Origin: Podarcis bocagei | Taxonomy: Eukaryota | Assembly: GCA_964188305.1 (NCBI GenBank) | Contig: OZ076892.1 | DNA: 64,000 nucleotides | Reading direction: 5' to 3' (one strand) | In this document: in pieces, positions 13,701 through 27,382 of the stretch | How positions within the stretch are numbered: position 1 is the first letter of the stretch | Layout: each line of letters starts with the position of its first letter | Position numbers and translations under genes: made by a program | The notes under the pieces: model-generated | The model's database searches: none | What the model was told of the DNA's origin: nothing | The model's input: only the letters and a program-made list of their open reading frames with translations

Positions 13701-16700
13701 TGTCCGAGTCCAGACCATCCTGGGTGAGTCTCAACTCTGTTATTGCTTGGAGCTCTTTAGCTCTTGCTGACCACGGATTCTGAAAGTACTTGTTGGGATT
13801 GGCCTTCCAAGGCACGACCACGGGAGGGCTAACACAGGGTCAGCTGCTGCTGCTGCTGCTGCTGCTGCCACTGCTGCCACCGCTGCCTAACTCTGAACTT
13901 GGCTTCTTCTAGTGCTATGCGGGGGAAAAAATACCTTGATGTGGGTTATCTGGAATTTTTTCCTGTGCAAATTAGGGTAACTTGCCCTGGAAAACTTTCT
14001 GCTGCCCTCAAGAGTGATCCAATCCAGTAGGTTTACTTTTATTTTTACTTAGTAAGCAAAGCTAAAAGTGCTGGAACCGCCAAGTTTGCCCAATTATTTC
14101 TACTCCCTCTAGGGTACAAAAGATTGACAGTCAAGCTTATTATCTCTTCCTATTTTAATTTGAGTGTGTAACAACCAAGAAACTCTTCCAAACTGAGGTT
14201 TTACCCAGATTACCAGTGCCAGTTTGCAAGCCTGAAATATGGCTCTTGGGACACCTTGCTTTGCAGCACAGTTAGAGCCTGTGGCCTTTCATCTCCCATG
14301 GGTCAGGATGATGGCAGTTGTTGTTCAACAATGTCCAGAGGGCCAAAGATTCCCCATTCCTACTTAGCAGCCTTAAGGTACCTTTGTCCAACTGAAGGAA
14401 TCAACTGTTCACAACTCATACGGAGGGGGAGGGAAGCTTTGCTTCTCAACTGAGCCAGCAGACGGCTGCCTCTTCCCTCTGCCTCCTGCCTGCAATTGTT
14501 CTGCATGCTACTCTGCTGTTGCTTCAGTCCTGCCTGCTGTTTCCTTATGATTCAGCACACGCACTCCCGGGCTTCCCTTGGTTTGCATCCAGTCTTGTCA
14601 GAGCTGATAAATGTTGCAAGTATTTCCGGAGCCTGTGTGGGCGGCTGCTGGGCCTCTCCCTCTGCACTCAAAATAGACTCCATGTACTGGACAGCAGGAC
14701 TGCCCCAAGAGAGAGTCCTGGAGAGCCAGAGGTTTATCTGGGAGGTGCAGTTGGGTGACCACAGTGAGGGAGGATGCTGGTGGGAGGAAGTGCTGAAGCA
14801 CCGGCTTCTTCCCTGTGGCTTCTCTCATTATCCCAGTGTGGCCAGAAGAAGTCAAGCCTCAGAAGAGGAGGAAGGGGCTTGAGTGGTGATGTTTAACCAA
14901 GTCAGTGGAGAGGGTTCCTTCCTGCTTAATCTTTCATATAGCAAGGAATTCTAGAAACCTGGCAATTGTTAGAGTAGTAGCTAGTTAGTATTTTCTGACT
15001 AGGATGGTTGCAGTTCCAACACATTCGGACAATAATGGTAGTTGTAAGGAGTTAGCAGAAGATGCTGAATCTACACTGAAGAGACCATGAAGGCAACAAG
15101 GGTTCGGCTTGGTAAACAGCCCTGCTCTTTGAGTTCCCAGTGCTCTGTTGCTGCCTGCTTGGGAAATATGTACCCTTAAAGAGTGTCTTTTGAAGGGGCT
15201 ACAACCATGGAATGTAGCTTGGAAGTCAGGCAAATAATGGAGTGTGAGAAAAGAGAGAAGTCCTTGGCCCGGCAGGAATCATAAAAAAACACATGGCTTT
15301 CTGTTGCTTTTCCTGCCATAGTTTTGCAAATTAAAGTTCTACAGTCACAACCCTACTTGGGTTCTTGCTTCACTCATGAAACATTCTGGGAAAGGTTTGG
15401 CAGACGCAATCCTGAAGTGGAGCCAAAGTTCACAGGCTGCTCTTTGACCTTGTTGTTCCTGGCAGGCTAGTGTCCGAGGGGGGAATGTGCTTGCTGTTGT
15501 GGTGGACCAATGCACTCCATAATCTGAATGCTCCTCTACAGATATTTCTATGTACTGTTTCTGTGGGGTCACTTGCCTCTTTGTTATCCAACCCTTGTTT
15601 TCTTTCTCTGTTAGAGGTTCTCTCTACATAGGGTCAGAAAGCTGCAGAGAAGTGTCGAGTGCCAGGCCTTTTCCCTGGGAGGAGTGGGTTCTGTTTGCAT
15701 GGTTGCATTCTCTTGCAGTAGGACTGTAGGTGCTGATTGATACCCCTGATGGTATTTTTAGTTAGGCAGAAAGAATCCAATTGGTCTCACATAACTCTGC
15801 CCAGGAAAAGATAGACTCTAGTGCAATATTTTCTGCCCCACATTTTCTTGAAACCTACAGGGAGGGGGGACTCCACAGCCAGCTAGACAAATGTTTTCCA
15901 TTGGTGAGAAAAGAAGTGATTCCCGGCTTTTAATTAAAATCTGCGTGCTTTATCGCTCTGGTCAATTAACATGTTCTGATACGGTACATCACCATTATCA
16001 CTATGTACCGTGCTAGCTCTCAAACTTGACTTGCTGAATGTTGGAAGATTCAGGACAGACATAATTAAGTATTTCTTCACATGGTGTGTGATTAAACGAT
16101 GGAATTCACTTCCACAAGAGATAATGATGGCCACTAACTTGGATGATGTTAAAAGAGAAATAGACAATTTCATGCCTATGATATAGACAATTTCATGTTC
16201 TCTAGCCACAGTGGCTGTGTTCTACCTCCACTGTTGGAGAAAGGATACTTCTTAATACCAGTTTCTGGGAATCACCACAGGGGAGAGGTTTGTTGCATGC
16301 ATGTTGTGCTTATGTACATCCCATAGGCTTCTAGTGGGCCTCTTCTTTGAGAACAGGATGTTGGGCCACTGGTCTGATCCAGCAACCTGTTCTCATCTAC
16401 GTGGGGTGTTTGGGTTGCCATCACAAAGCTGACCACCTCCCCTACATATCACCAGTTGCTTTTGAAACTTCTTTCAGTTTACAAAGCAGCTGACAGTCTG
16501 GGGAGAAAAGCAAGTCTAAATCCCAGGCCCTTGCTTGGGGGTGGGGCTGCCAGTTACACTTGCCCTGGGCCTTGGAGGGCTAAGTTGGCCATGGGGCCGT
16601 GCCAGTGACCGGCTGCTTTTTGGTTTGAGGTTATAACTTTATTCCAATAGGACTCCTGCCCCCAAGCCTCAGACAAGCTCTGCACAGGCCTGCTGAATTC

Positions 16701-19700
16701 CCCTTCAATGCACTGGGCTAGTTTCCTGGTTGCTGGATCCTGAACATAGCCTGGTGCTCCTCCTTGCCCAGAAAGTGATGGGGAAAGAGGACTAAGCAGG
16801 TGCCATCTGGGGACGAACCTGGCTCTCTGCTGCTATGTCTGTCCATGTGAATCTTTGGCCCTTCATTTCCAGGGGTTGGAAGAAGCACTCTGGGCAGCCT
16901 GGCGACATCTCCTGGGTTTTCTGCCTTCAATTATTAACAAGCACTTTTTAGTTCTTAAAAACTTCTTCAAATTTTTAACACGTGATGAAACCTTTTGGGT
17001 TATATCCAGTTGCATCCCTCTGTTGTCCTTGGTGCCAGGCAATAGAAGGGACACCTCTCCTCCTTCTGGCACCAGGTCTGTGGGCTCTTTGTGTAGGGCT
17101 GGCCCTCTCCTAGATGCCTGCTCTGCTCCCCCACCTCCCCATTCAGCTGATGATTCCTCAGTGTGGAAACAATTGTGCCCTCCTGCAGAGTGAAGTTTGC
17201 AAGGAATTCCAGGGAGGCTCCCACTGCTGCATTTAGGCCTGTTGCCCAGTTGGCTGTCTTCAGTATCGTTTTAAGCCACAACAGCTCCAGAGTGCCATAA
17301 CCTCATTCAGTTCAAGTTGGGTAAACTTTTAATTTTGGACATGTGCGGGAAGGGCAGTGCTTCCACCGGAGGTTGTCACACAGTGTGTGCCTTGAAATGC
17401 AGGAGCTGGGAACTTGTGAAGAATACGTCCTGCTTCAGAGCCAGGCAGCCAAAATGCTCCTTCTAGAACTCCTGCTTCCATTGTCGTGGCAGGGGAAGTG
17501 AACAGCCCATGTGAACGCAGTGGTTCCTTAGGCAGCTTACATACAACTTTTTAACCTGTGGTTCTTGAAGATGAGAAAGTTTTGCAAGGGTTGGTAATTT
17601 GACAGGCCCCACATGCTTCCATTTGAAGGGGGAAGGCATGATGTGTAAAGGCATGTGAGAATAAAGCTAGATTGAATGCAGCTAGTGTTTGGGAAGATAC
17701 TTTTCACTGCTAGCCTGTTGGGTGAGTCTTTCACCGTAACCGTAACCATGCTTACTTGTGGGTAGGCTCATGGTTGGTTGTATAAGAGGGGATCTCCTGG
17801 TGCATTTGCAAGCTTCCTTCCACCTGCAATATGCAGGTGGTAGGTGGAGGTGTCATCTTTTCCGCAGACTCATAGCCTACCAGAGGCAGTGGCCAAGTCC
17901 ATTAACTTAGCTGCTGTCATTTTGCTGAAATGGGACTCTCTGACCTCTTGAGCAACAACATTCCCAAGAAGACAATTGGGACTGCTGCACAAGTGGCTCT
18001 TCCTCTCCTGCACCTTCTGAGCTGTCCCCCTCTTTCCTTCCTGTCTGCCTGATCCATGTCTGGCTCTTTTCCTCTGTGTGCACATGCTCTTTGGCTCACG
18101 TGCCCATTCCCAGCAGTGGCACTGTCATCGGCATGCAGATGTGCTCCCTTGCCAGACCCTTGTGCACCAGGCTGCCAAGGCAGGAAGTGTTGGAGGTTTT
18201 GTCTTCATTCATAGAGGAAGTGGAGCTTCCGTTCTGCCTCCTGCTCATCTCCACCTTCGCAGGCTGCCACTGCTGTAGTAAAATCTACTCTTGCTCCTTT
18301 GCAGACTCCAGGGTGAGGCCCCTGTGCTTTGAGCGAGAGTGACTTGGAAAGCAAGACGCTAGGAGCAAGGTGCTCGTCCTCCTAACCAGCCCCCTGGAGC
18401 TGCTGGGACCCTGTCCTCAATCCCCACCCAAGGCAGCTGCCTTCACCACTGCCTGTCTGTCTCTGCACTCGCTTGCCTGCCTGTACCTCCCACATCCCTT
18501 TGCCGAGCAAGCAGTGATTCCTATGAATGCTGCAACTTGATGGAGTGGGCAGCAAAATGGGGGTGCAAGTGGGCACCTTCACCTGCCTTACCATTCCACC
18601 TGCAGGGGGTCAGGACATCCCTACCACCTGTTCAGCAGTCACACCAAGAAGAAGTCCCAGATGGTACCAGCGGAGCAGGGCCGGTGACCTCTCTGCTCTA
18701 CCATTCTCTTTGAGAGAGAATGCCTCAAGGGAGAGAGGCATTACCTGCCATTTCATTTTGACTAGTCAGTGACACTGGCTACCTTGACATCTTGGTGCCT
18801 GAGGAAGGAGTTGCAAAGGGCACATCCATGTCTCGATGGAGCTTTGGTCTGTTCCAGGGAGGAAGAGGAGCCCCCTCCGCTTGCTTGTTTATAGTGTGCA
18901 GGTCCCGTGCTCTGGCTCTGGGCTGAGAGAGGAGAAGAAAGAGCAGCCTGGCCTCCCTCCCTCTCTCTTTTGTCAGAGGTCTCCCTCTGGGCAGAGGAAG
19001 CTGTAAGAGATATTTATATAGTATTGCAGAAAACAGGAAGACTGCAAGCTCTGTGCCAGCCGGCCTTACTTGGGCTACAGCTGCTCTCTGGCGCTTGGCC
19101 CACAGAGGTGGCCTGAGGAGAATGGCCGCAGCTACTCTTCTGTTTCGGAATGGGGGCATTGGGAAGAAGCAGGGGCAGGCAGAGCTGAAGGAGCAACCTT
19201 TGGCAGTGCCACTTTGCGTGGAGAAAGGGCCATAGGTTTGTGGTAGAAGAGCATCAGCAACTCCTGCCTGTTGTCAGAGGCACCACTCCTGCCTGGGAAG
19301 AGATCCTCAGCCGCAGGAAGGCCGATGAGAGGGAGGGCTGGCCGGAGGAGCTGATTCTCTCTGCTCCAAACCTGAGCCAATATTGGCTTCAGAAGATGGA
19401 AGCCCCACAGGGGCGGTTGCTTTCTGGGGAGGTGAAGAAGAGCAGCTGTTAGGCATGCAGAAGGTCCCAGGTTTAATTCCCACTAGCAGCATTTCTAGGT
19501 GAGGTTAGGAATGTCCTCTGCATGAAACCCTTGAGAGCCATGGCTGGCTCTCAGTGTATGTATACTTTTTGAGCTAGAGGGACCAAGTGGTCTAATGACT
19601 CCATATAAGGCAGATGATGTGTTCTGTACCATAGGCATTGCGTGGTGCCCTTTATTCCTTGTTATTATTATTTGTTTTAATATTATTTATTAGATGTATA

Positions 19701-22700
19701 TACCGCCCTTCATCAAAAGATCTCAGGGTGGTTCGCAATATTCTCCACAGTTGTGCTCCCCACACAACTGAATCACACCCCTTTGCCCTTTCCTGCTCTC
19801 CCTTTCCACTCTGCCTTCTGTGTCTGGTCTGACTTGAGTTGCAAGCCTGTGCAGTGCCCATGAGTTGAGGTGGGGGATGCAGGAAGGACAAGAGAAAGCA
19901 GATCCGCCAGAAGCAGCCCTGGAAGCCCCACGGTTCTCAGGGGTTTCTGGGGGTGATGAGGCACCCCTTAGGGCCTCCCTCTGGGGCTGGGCCAGGCCAC
20001 TTCAGATGGCCAGGAAGGACTGAATGGCTGGACACTCCCGGACAGAAGTAGGCGAACCTGTCAAGATGGGTTTGCCCAAAAAAGGGGCCTTAAATAGAGG
20101 GAGAAATTGCAGGCTACTTCTAAACATCCAGGGAGGTTCTGGCTCAGAGGGAGCATTGACAGTCTGTTCTCTCAGCCTCTGAAGTGATGCTTCTGCTGCT
20201 GGGCTGATTCATGGGAGCCCTCGTGGGTAGCAAATGTGTGAGAGCCACGTGGCAGTGGTTCCAATGAAGGAGAGAGTAGCCTGTATCCTGGCAGCTGCAC
20301 CAGTTGCAATTTCTGAAAGTCTTCAAAGGCAGCCAGATGTAGGGCTCCTTACACTGGTTTGTCTTTGATGTTACCGGTATGAAAGTAGGAGAGGATTCAT
20401 CCACCCTTTCTAGATAAGAAGGTGCATGCTATGAGATTTAAAAGTTCTTTTAGAAACTCCCTCTAGCTATATAAAGTGCTCAGGTTCAGGGATGGCAGCC
20501 AGTCCCAAACCTCAGCCCTTTAGTGCAATAGCACAGTGGAGGATGTTTTTAGGCATGGGGGGGCAGAGGAGCTGCCCCTTTCCTTCCCATAAATTGCATC
20601 AAAGTGCTCAAGTAAAGAAATGTTTTTGGGTGGAAAAGACTGAACTTGTAAAATTAAAAGGGAAGCAGGTGCTTGTGGGTTCTCTTCTTTGGCTGGGCCA
20701 GTTGTTTCTGGTCAGCTGCAGCTACTGTGCTTATTCTGCCTTGCTTGGTTTTGCTTCTTCAAATAATGGCAAGTGACTGGCCCCAGGTCACCCAGGGCCT
20801 TGAACCCTGGCTGCCCAAGTCTTAGTCTGGCGCTTTCACTGCTGTGCCACATAATTAGGTTGTTTTTGCATTCTTTCAAGCTAGCACTTCCAGGCATCCT
20901 GAAAGCAGCTGGTGAGGAGGGGTCTCCTCCTGCTGCTGATTCTTTTGGAGCTCTGAGATGGACCCAGGGGTGCCTGTTCCTTACGGACAGAAATATTTTG
21001 TTTTTCCTCCAGAGAAGCTCTACAGGTCAAAGGGCCCTGAACTGAGGCGCTCCCTCTTCTCACTGAAGCAGCTTTTCCAGGTAAGGTTCCTGCCAGGCCC
21101 GCCCTGTTCTGCCCCCAGCAGGCGCGGCTTTGTTGGGGAGGGTATTGAGACAGCCAGCCCACTGCTCTGTGTGGACACCACCAGGCTCTGCTGCTGACTC
21201 TTCATTTCCCCTCCTCTTTGCTCTTGCAGCTTCTGTTCTCCTCTTGTGAGACTGGACTGTGCACAGACCTGTTCCCTATATGAGAAGGCAATAAGCAAAC
21301 AGCCTCCCCCCATGCCCCCTCCCCCAGCAGGAGAATCTCCCAGAATGTGGGCGGCAAGTGGAGGGGTGAGCATGCACAGTACGACCTTTTTCTGCGGATT
21401 GCAAACATTCCTCTCTCTGGATTTCTGCTGCAGGAGGATAAGGACCTGGTGCCTGAGTTTGTGAATTCAGAAGGGCTGACGTGTCTCATCACAGTGGGAG
21501 CTGAGGCTGACCAGAATTACCAGAACTATATCCTCAGGGGTAAGTGACCACCAGGCCAGCAGGAAGTGGAGAGAGAGAGAGAGAGAGAGAGAATCTGAGC
21601 CCCTAGAGTGGATAACATTTGGGACCTCCCACCAAAGAGTCAAAGTCGGTGAAATTAAACTGACACCTCCAATTCCCAACTGAACATCCAGGAAAAGGAT
21701 AGAGCACCCTAGAGATCTCTGGGAAGAGTCTTTTAAGTGGTTCTCTTTCCCAGTTTTCATCTGTACTGAAATTGTTTTAAATATGTTTTTTATTATTTTA
21801 TCCCTTGCTGTTTGCCACCTGGGGCTCCTTGGGGAGGAAGGGTGGAATATACATTTAATAAATAGACAGATGCTATGACTTCCCCCTTTTGCGGTCTGCA
21901 TTTGCCCATGTACGATGTTGATCTGAGGGATGCTGACAGGACTGTGTGTGTCTCTTGTCTCTGACTCTCTGCCTCCCTGATACTTAATCCAGTATGGGGA
22001 GCAGCCCCAAGGCTGGTGTAGGCAGGCTTTGCAGGACTTATTTCTCCTGTTTGCCTTTAAGCATTCCTATATTTTCCTGCCTGAGCAAAATTTCAGTGGC
22101 CAGGTTTAGACTGCTGCTGAGGGATAGTGGCTAGGTGAGGAGATTTGGCTGTACTAGGAAGTTTTTTGTGGTTAGGTTTTTTAATGGTTTTGACCCATTT
22201 CTGAGCCTTCCAGGTGTGGTGATAGCTCCATCTCACTGGCTACTCAGCTGGGGATGTGCAAACAGGCAAAATTCAGCATGTAAAATTTCAGCTGCAATTC
22301 ATGAGCCGTCTTGGAGTTCACTTTTTCTTTTTCTTTTTGTAAAATGATCTTTATTGGTTTTACAGATTTTACAAATTTCACATCGTAATACATAATACAT
22401 ACCTTCTTCCTTTTTTAGAGTTAAAGTATTAAGGTTAAAAGTTGAGAGGCCACTTTTTCTTAATGACAGAGCTTTGGGCCCCAATTAAAGGAGATGTTGG
22501 TCTCCATGATCATCTCTTTTCTCCTAGGACCATGGTACCAGTGGAGGGAAGGAGCTGAGACCTTTTCTGCCTGCTCCCCACCCCCCTTCTGATGCTATTT
22601 CCTCTGATGTCATTCATGTAAAATTACTGTTTGCCCTGCTGTAGGGAAGATGTGACTGTGTGTCTATTTTCCCAAATGGGGCAAGCAGAAGCTGGGGGAA

Positions 22701-25700
22701 GGTATCAGACTCCCCCCACATGGCTGGTTTTAAAAGCTTCATTTGGCCCTTAGTCTCAGGGGCTTGTGACTGGAAGGGACCTTTTGTAGACCTGGCAGCC
22801 TCTGTGGATCCTTTTGACAAAGAGGACTCTTTTGGAAGCAGCCTAACTTTGCAGCTTGCACCTCAGGGTGGAAACAGCCTGCCCTGGCCTCAGCAGCCTT
22901 TTGTGCCAAGTCATTCATGTCAGATGTGCAAATCAATCCATACTGCTGACAGCTAGCCTGCCCTACCCACCTGCCTCCTCTGGGCACTACCATCTGCTGT
23001 GTGGCAATTCCTAGTAGTATTAGTAATAATATTATTATTGCATTTATTTATATCCCACCTTTTTTTTTCTAAACTGGGACTCAAGGCAGCTTACACAAAT
23101 TAAAATGGCACACATAACATACAAGAAACTAAAAACATAAAAAGAGAATAATTAAAAAGTAATTAAAATTCTACAGAATAAAAACAAAAACAAATTTATT
23201 AAAAATACAGATAGTAAAAGAACAGTCAGTTCCCAATGTTGGAATAAAACAGTCTTCACCTGCCGGCAGGTGAAGCAGGGAGTCAGTCTAGCTTTTGTAG
23301 GAAGGGAGTTTCAAAGTCTGGGAGCAGCCACCGGGAAGGCCCTCTCCTCACATCACCACCTAGTGTCCCACTCCCCAGTTGATGTCTGCATGGAGAGAGA
23401 GAGACATCACCCTGAAAGGCAAAGAGCCAGACTGAGATGGAAGGACCAGAGGAGGGAGCAGAGGAGACTTGCTGCTGAGTGGCAGGCATCGTGTGGAAGC
23501 TCCACTGCAAGCGAGTGAGCAAGGCACATCAGTTGCCCATGGCCAGCTGGCATCCTCACAGGGCTCTTTGCTCCTTCCTTCCAGCTCTCAGCCAGATCGT
23601 GCTCTTTGTGGATGGGATGATGGGGGTGATAAACCACAACGAGACGGTGCAGTGGCTGTACACGCTGTGCGGGAGCTTGGTGAGTATGTGGCTGCCACAG
23701 AGGGAAAGATCCCCTTGTGAGCATCAGAAGAGCCCTGAAGCTGAAGCTGGATCAGGTCAGTGGCCCACCTAGTCCAGCATCCTGTTCTTACCGTGGCCAA
23801 CCAGATGCCCCAACGGGAAGTGCACAAGCAGCAACTGGTATTCAGAGACAGTGGAGGAAGAACGTAGCAATTGTGGCCACAAATTTGTCTATTCCTCCTT
23901 TAAAGCCATCCAAGCTGGTAGCTATCACTGCCTCCTGTGAGAGGGAGTTCGGTACAGTGGTACCTCTGGTTAAGAACTTAATTTGTTCTGGAGGTCCGAT
24001 CTTAACCTGAAACTGTTCTTAACCTGAAGCACCACTTTAGCTAATGGGGCCTCCCGCTGCCGCCGCACCACCGGAGCACGATTTCTGTTCTCATCCTGAA
24101 GCAAAGTTATTAATCCGAGGTACTATTTCTGGGTTAATGGAGTCTGTAACCTGAAGCGTCTGTAACCCAAGGTACCCCTGTAGTTTAATTGTGCCCTGCG
24201 TGAATAAGTACTTTCTTTTATCTGTCCTGAATCTTCCAGCATTCAGCTTTGTTGGATGTGCACAAATTCCAGTGTTATGAGAAAGGGAGGTGGGATGGGC
24301 TTTGAAAAGGGAGGGTTGTGTGATGTCCTCCTGACTGAGGCCCAGTTTCCAGCTCCTTCCATCTAGCTTTTCTCACCTCCCTTCACAGGAGAAGGTCATG
24401 GTCTCAGTGGCAGAGGAACCAATCCCCAGTGGCATCTCAAGGCAAGATGGGAAAGTCTCCAACCTGAAACCCTGGAGAGCTCTGGCTAACAGTCAGCGCA
24501 GGGGAGGCCAGGCTGAGTTTGACTGAACAGGATGCTAACTAGATGGGCCACTAGCCTGATTCTGAAGGCTTTTCTTAGGAGTAGACCCCAGTAGCCTGGC
24601 CCACTATTAAGCAACTTCTGCTGTCCCTCTGCTAGTACCGCCTGGTGGTGAAGACGGCTCTGAAGCTGCTGCTGGTCTTTGTGGAGTTCACGGAATCCAA
24701 TGCCCAGCTGCTTGTCCAGGCCGTCATAGCAGCAGAGCAGGTCAGAGGTGAGTGTACCACATGGCTGCCCAGGAGAGAGAGAGAGAGAGAGATGGGCCTG
24801 ATCCCATTAGCCTGCGGATTTGGAAGAGCAGTCACTGAATCACAGCAGGCAGCCCCTTGCTGGGCAAGGCCAGTGATGAGGAGAAAGGAGGGTCTTTTCC
24901 TTGGCTTGTGTGGTCAACCACATGCCTTACTCATTGCCTTACAGGTGGTTTTCCGTGGTCTCCCATCGTGGCAATCCTGGAACAGAAGAATGGAGCTGAC
25001 ACGGAGCTTCAGGTGTTCGCCATGACACTTATCAACAAGGTGAATATTGCCCAGGTGGGGAGGGAAGCAGCAGGTGTCAGGCTGTTTTGCTGAGCTGGGC
25101 TGAGCCGAGCTGAGCACCTTTCCTGCCCTGACTATGGTGCCCTGTGTTGGTGTTGTGCAGACTCTGGCTGCCCTCCCTGACCAGGATTCCTTCTATGATG
25201 TGACAGACTGCTTGGAGCAGCAGGGCATGGAAAGCATCATCCAGCAGCACATGACCAACAAGGCTACTGACCTGGACTTGAAGCAGCAGCTGGTTATCTA
25301 CGAGGTGATGCATCTTCCCCCTTGGCGGGAGGGAGCTGGGTATAAAGAGGAGGCCTCTAGAAAAAGTAGGCAGCTTCCCCACTACACACTCAGCACCTAG
25401 CAGCCTGCCCTACCAGGCCCCCCTGAGCTTCTGTCTTCCTTGCAGAATGCCCTCAAGTACGAAGATGGTGTGGAAGAGCCTCCCCCTGGAACACGCAAGG
25501 AGCGGAGGAAAGGGGAAGAGGGCAGGAAGGGGCAACGACGCTCCCTGGGCTACATCCTGGCCCAGGAGGAGGGCCAAGGGGCTCGACCTGCAGAGAACTT
25601 CCAGCCCAGTCCTGCAGAGGCTCCCAGCCTGGACAGAGAGAGCAGCCAAGACAGGTGAGTCGTTGGCCAAGGCAGTTTCTGCTTGTGGCTTTTGCTCTGC

Positions 25701-27337
25701 TCGGAACTGGTGGGAAAGAAGCTGAGCCAAGGAGGTTGAAAAGGCCCAGCCTAAAGAGTGGGGCAGAACTGGCAAAACTGACATATAAGCGACGGGACAA
25801 GGATAACTGTGACTTTAAGGATGAATGGAAACCCTTTACAAAGTATCTGAAGATGCAACAAAGCGAACTGGACTCCTTGGCAGGTTTTGAATAAACATTC
25901 ACAAACTTTTTATTGAATATAATCAGCTAAATAGTTTGAGGATCTATACAACTTTGTAACATGCAGAAAACAGCATTCTTAGAGAAACCAAAGACTGGAA
26001 CTGAGGGAAGTCGGGGAGTGGGCGGGTTTTTTGGGGGGGGGAGGGAGGAAAAATGGGGGGGACAAGGATGATATGTTTTTGGATAATATATCTTGTTATA
26101 ATTTTGAATAAAAAAAAGAGAGAGGGGCAGTTGGCGGAAGTTGGCAGGAGGCAAAGGGAGGCTGGAAGAGGAGTGTGTGGGTCCTCCAGAGGCCACCTTT
26201 GCCTGCCTGTGGTGATATCGCCTCAGAACCCCCTACTTGGCCCAGGAGGCCCTGTTCCAGGGAGCTGCCTCAGAACGACTAGAAAGTCTTGATGGGCCCC
26301 CATTGGAGCCTTGTGTGCTCACAGCCCTCCTCCTGCTCTTCCCCCTCTTCCTTTTCCAGGCCTGCCTTCAAGAGCATGTACAGCAGCGCATCCAGCGTCC
26401 AGCTTTCCACACCATCCGTTCCTGTGGAAGGAGAGCAGAGTGGCAGCCTGGGCGAGAGGAGCATTTTCAAGTAGGTCTCTCTGGCCAAAGGGGGCCCTGC
26501 TCAGAGCTGCCAGAGGGACTGAGCTTAGTATATAGGGCTGGGGGGCAGGTGAGGAGATATGGGGGAATATGTTGACCGTACTGGGGAGATTCAGGAGCCC
26601 TCCAGAAGCTCCAGGGGAGATGGGTTTGACTCTCCCCATTCTCTTCTTCCCTGGCCAGCAGTTCTGAGGAGGCAGCTGTGGCAAGGAGGTGTCCAGTTAG
26701 CAATGGTGGATGGGGAGGAGGTGGCAGCCCCTGCTGTCCACTAAGGCAGCTCCCCTTCCAAAGGGGCTTTTTCATGTCCTGCAGGGTAGGGTGGGGTGCA
26801 GAGTGGCAGTGAAAAATGCAGCAGGAGCCTTAGAAGAGGAGGGGGCCTGTGGTGGTGGTTGAAAGAATCTGGCGGCTCTGTTGCAATTCACCCAAAGTGA
26901 ATGGAGTTTATAGTCAAATACTTTCCCCCCTCCTTTCTAAGGTGGTCTAACCTTGAGATAGGCTTCTGTAATCCTCCCCACATGATGGAGGGCACTGCTG
27001 TAGATGGGGGGGTGCAGGGGGGATTCAGAGCACAGGTGGATTAGAGGGTGGCAGGTTTTTCTGTGGGTGGGGGTAAGGGTCTGCTGGGCTGGGAGATGCA
27101 GTCATCCTTGTTGCACAAGTTGGACATTGAAGCAAGCTGTCCTGGAGAGTCCCTTTTCTCACTTCTTCTCTCCTCTTATTGTGCCTCACCTCCTTCCGCT
27201 CCTGGCCCAGCCCACCACCCCTCTTCTTTTTCTTCTTCTGCCACCTACTTCTCTCGCGTGCTCTCCTGCTTAAACTCCCTTTCCTTTTCCAGACTTCACG
27301 AAACTGCCCCTGCTTGGTAAGTGATGCCACAGATGTA

Positions 27338-27382
<45 letters not shown>

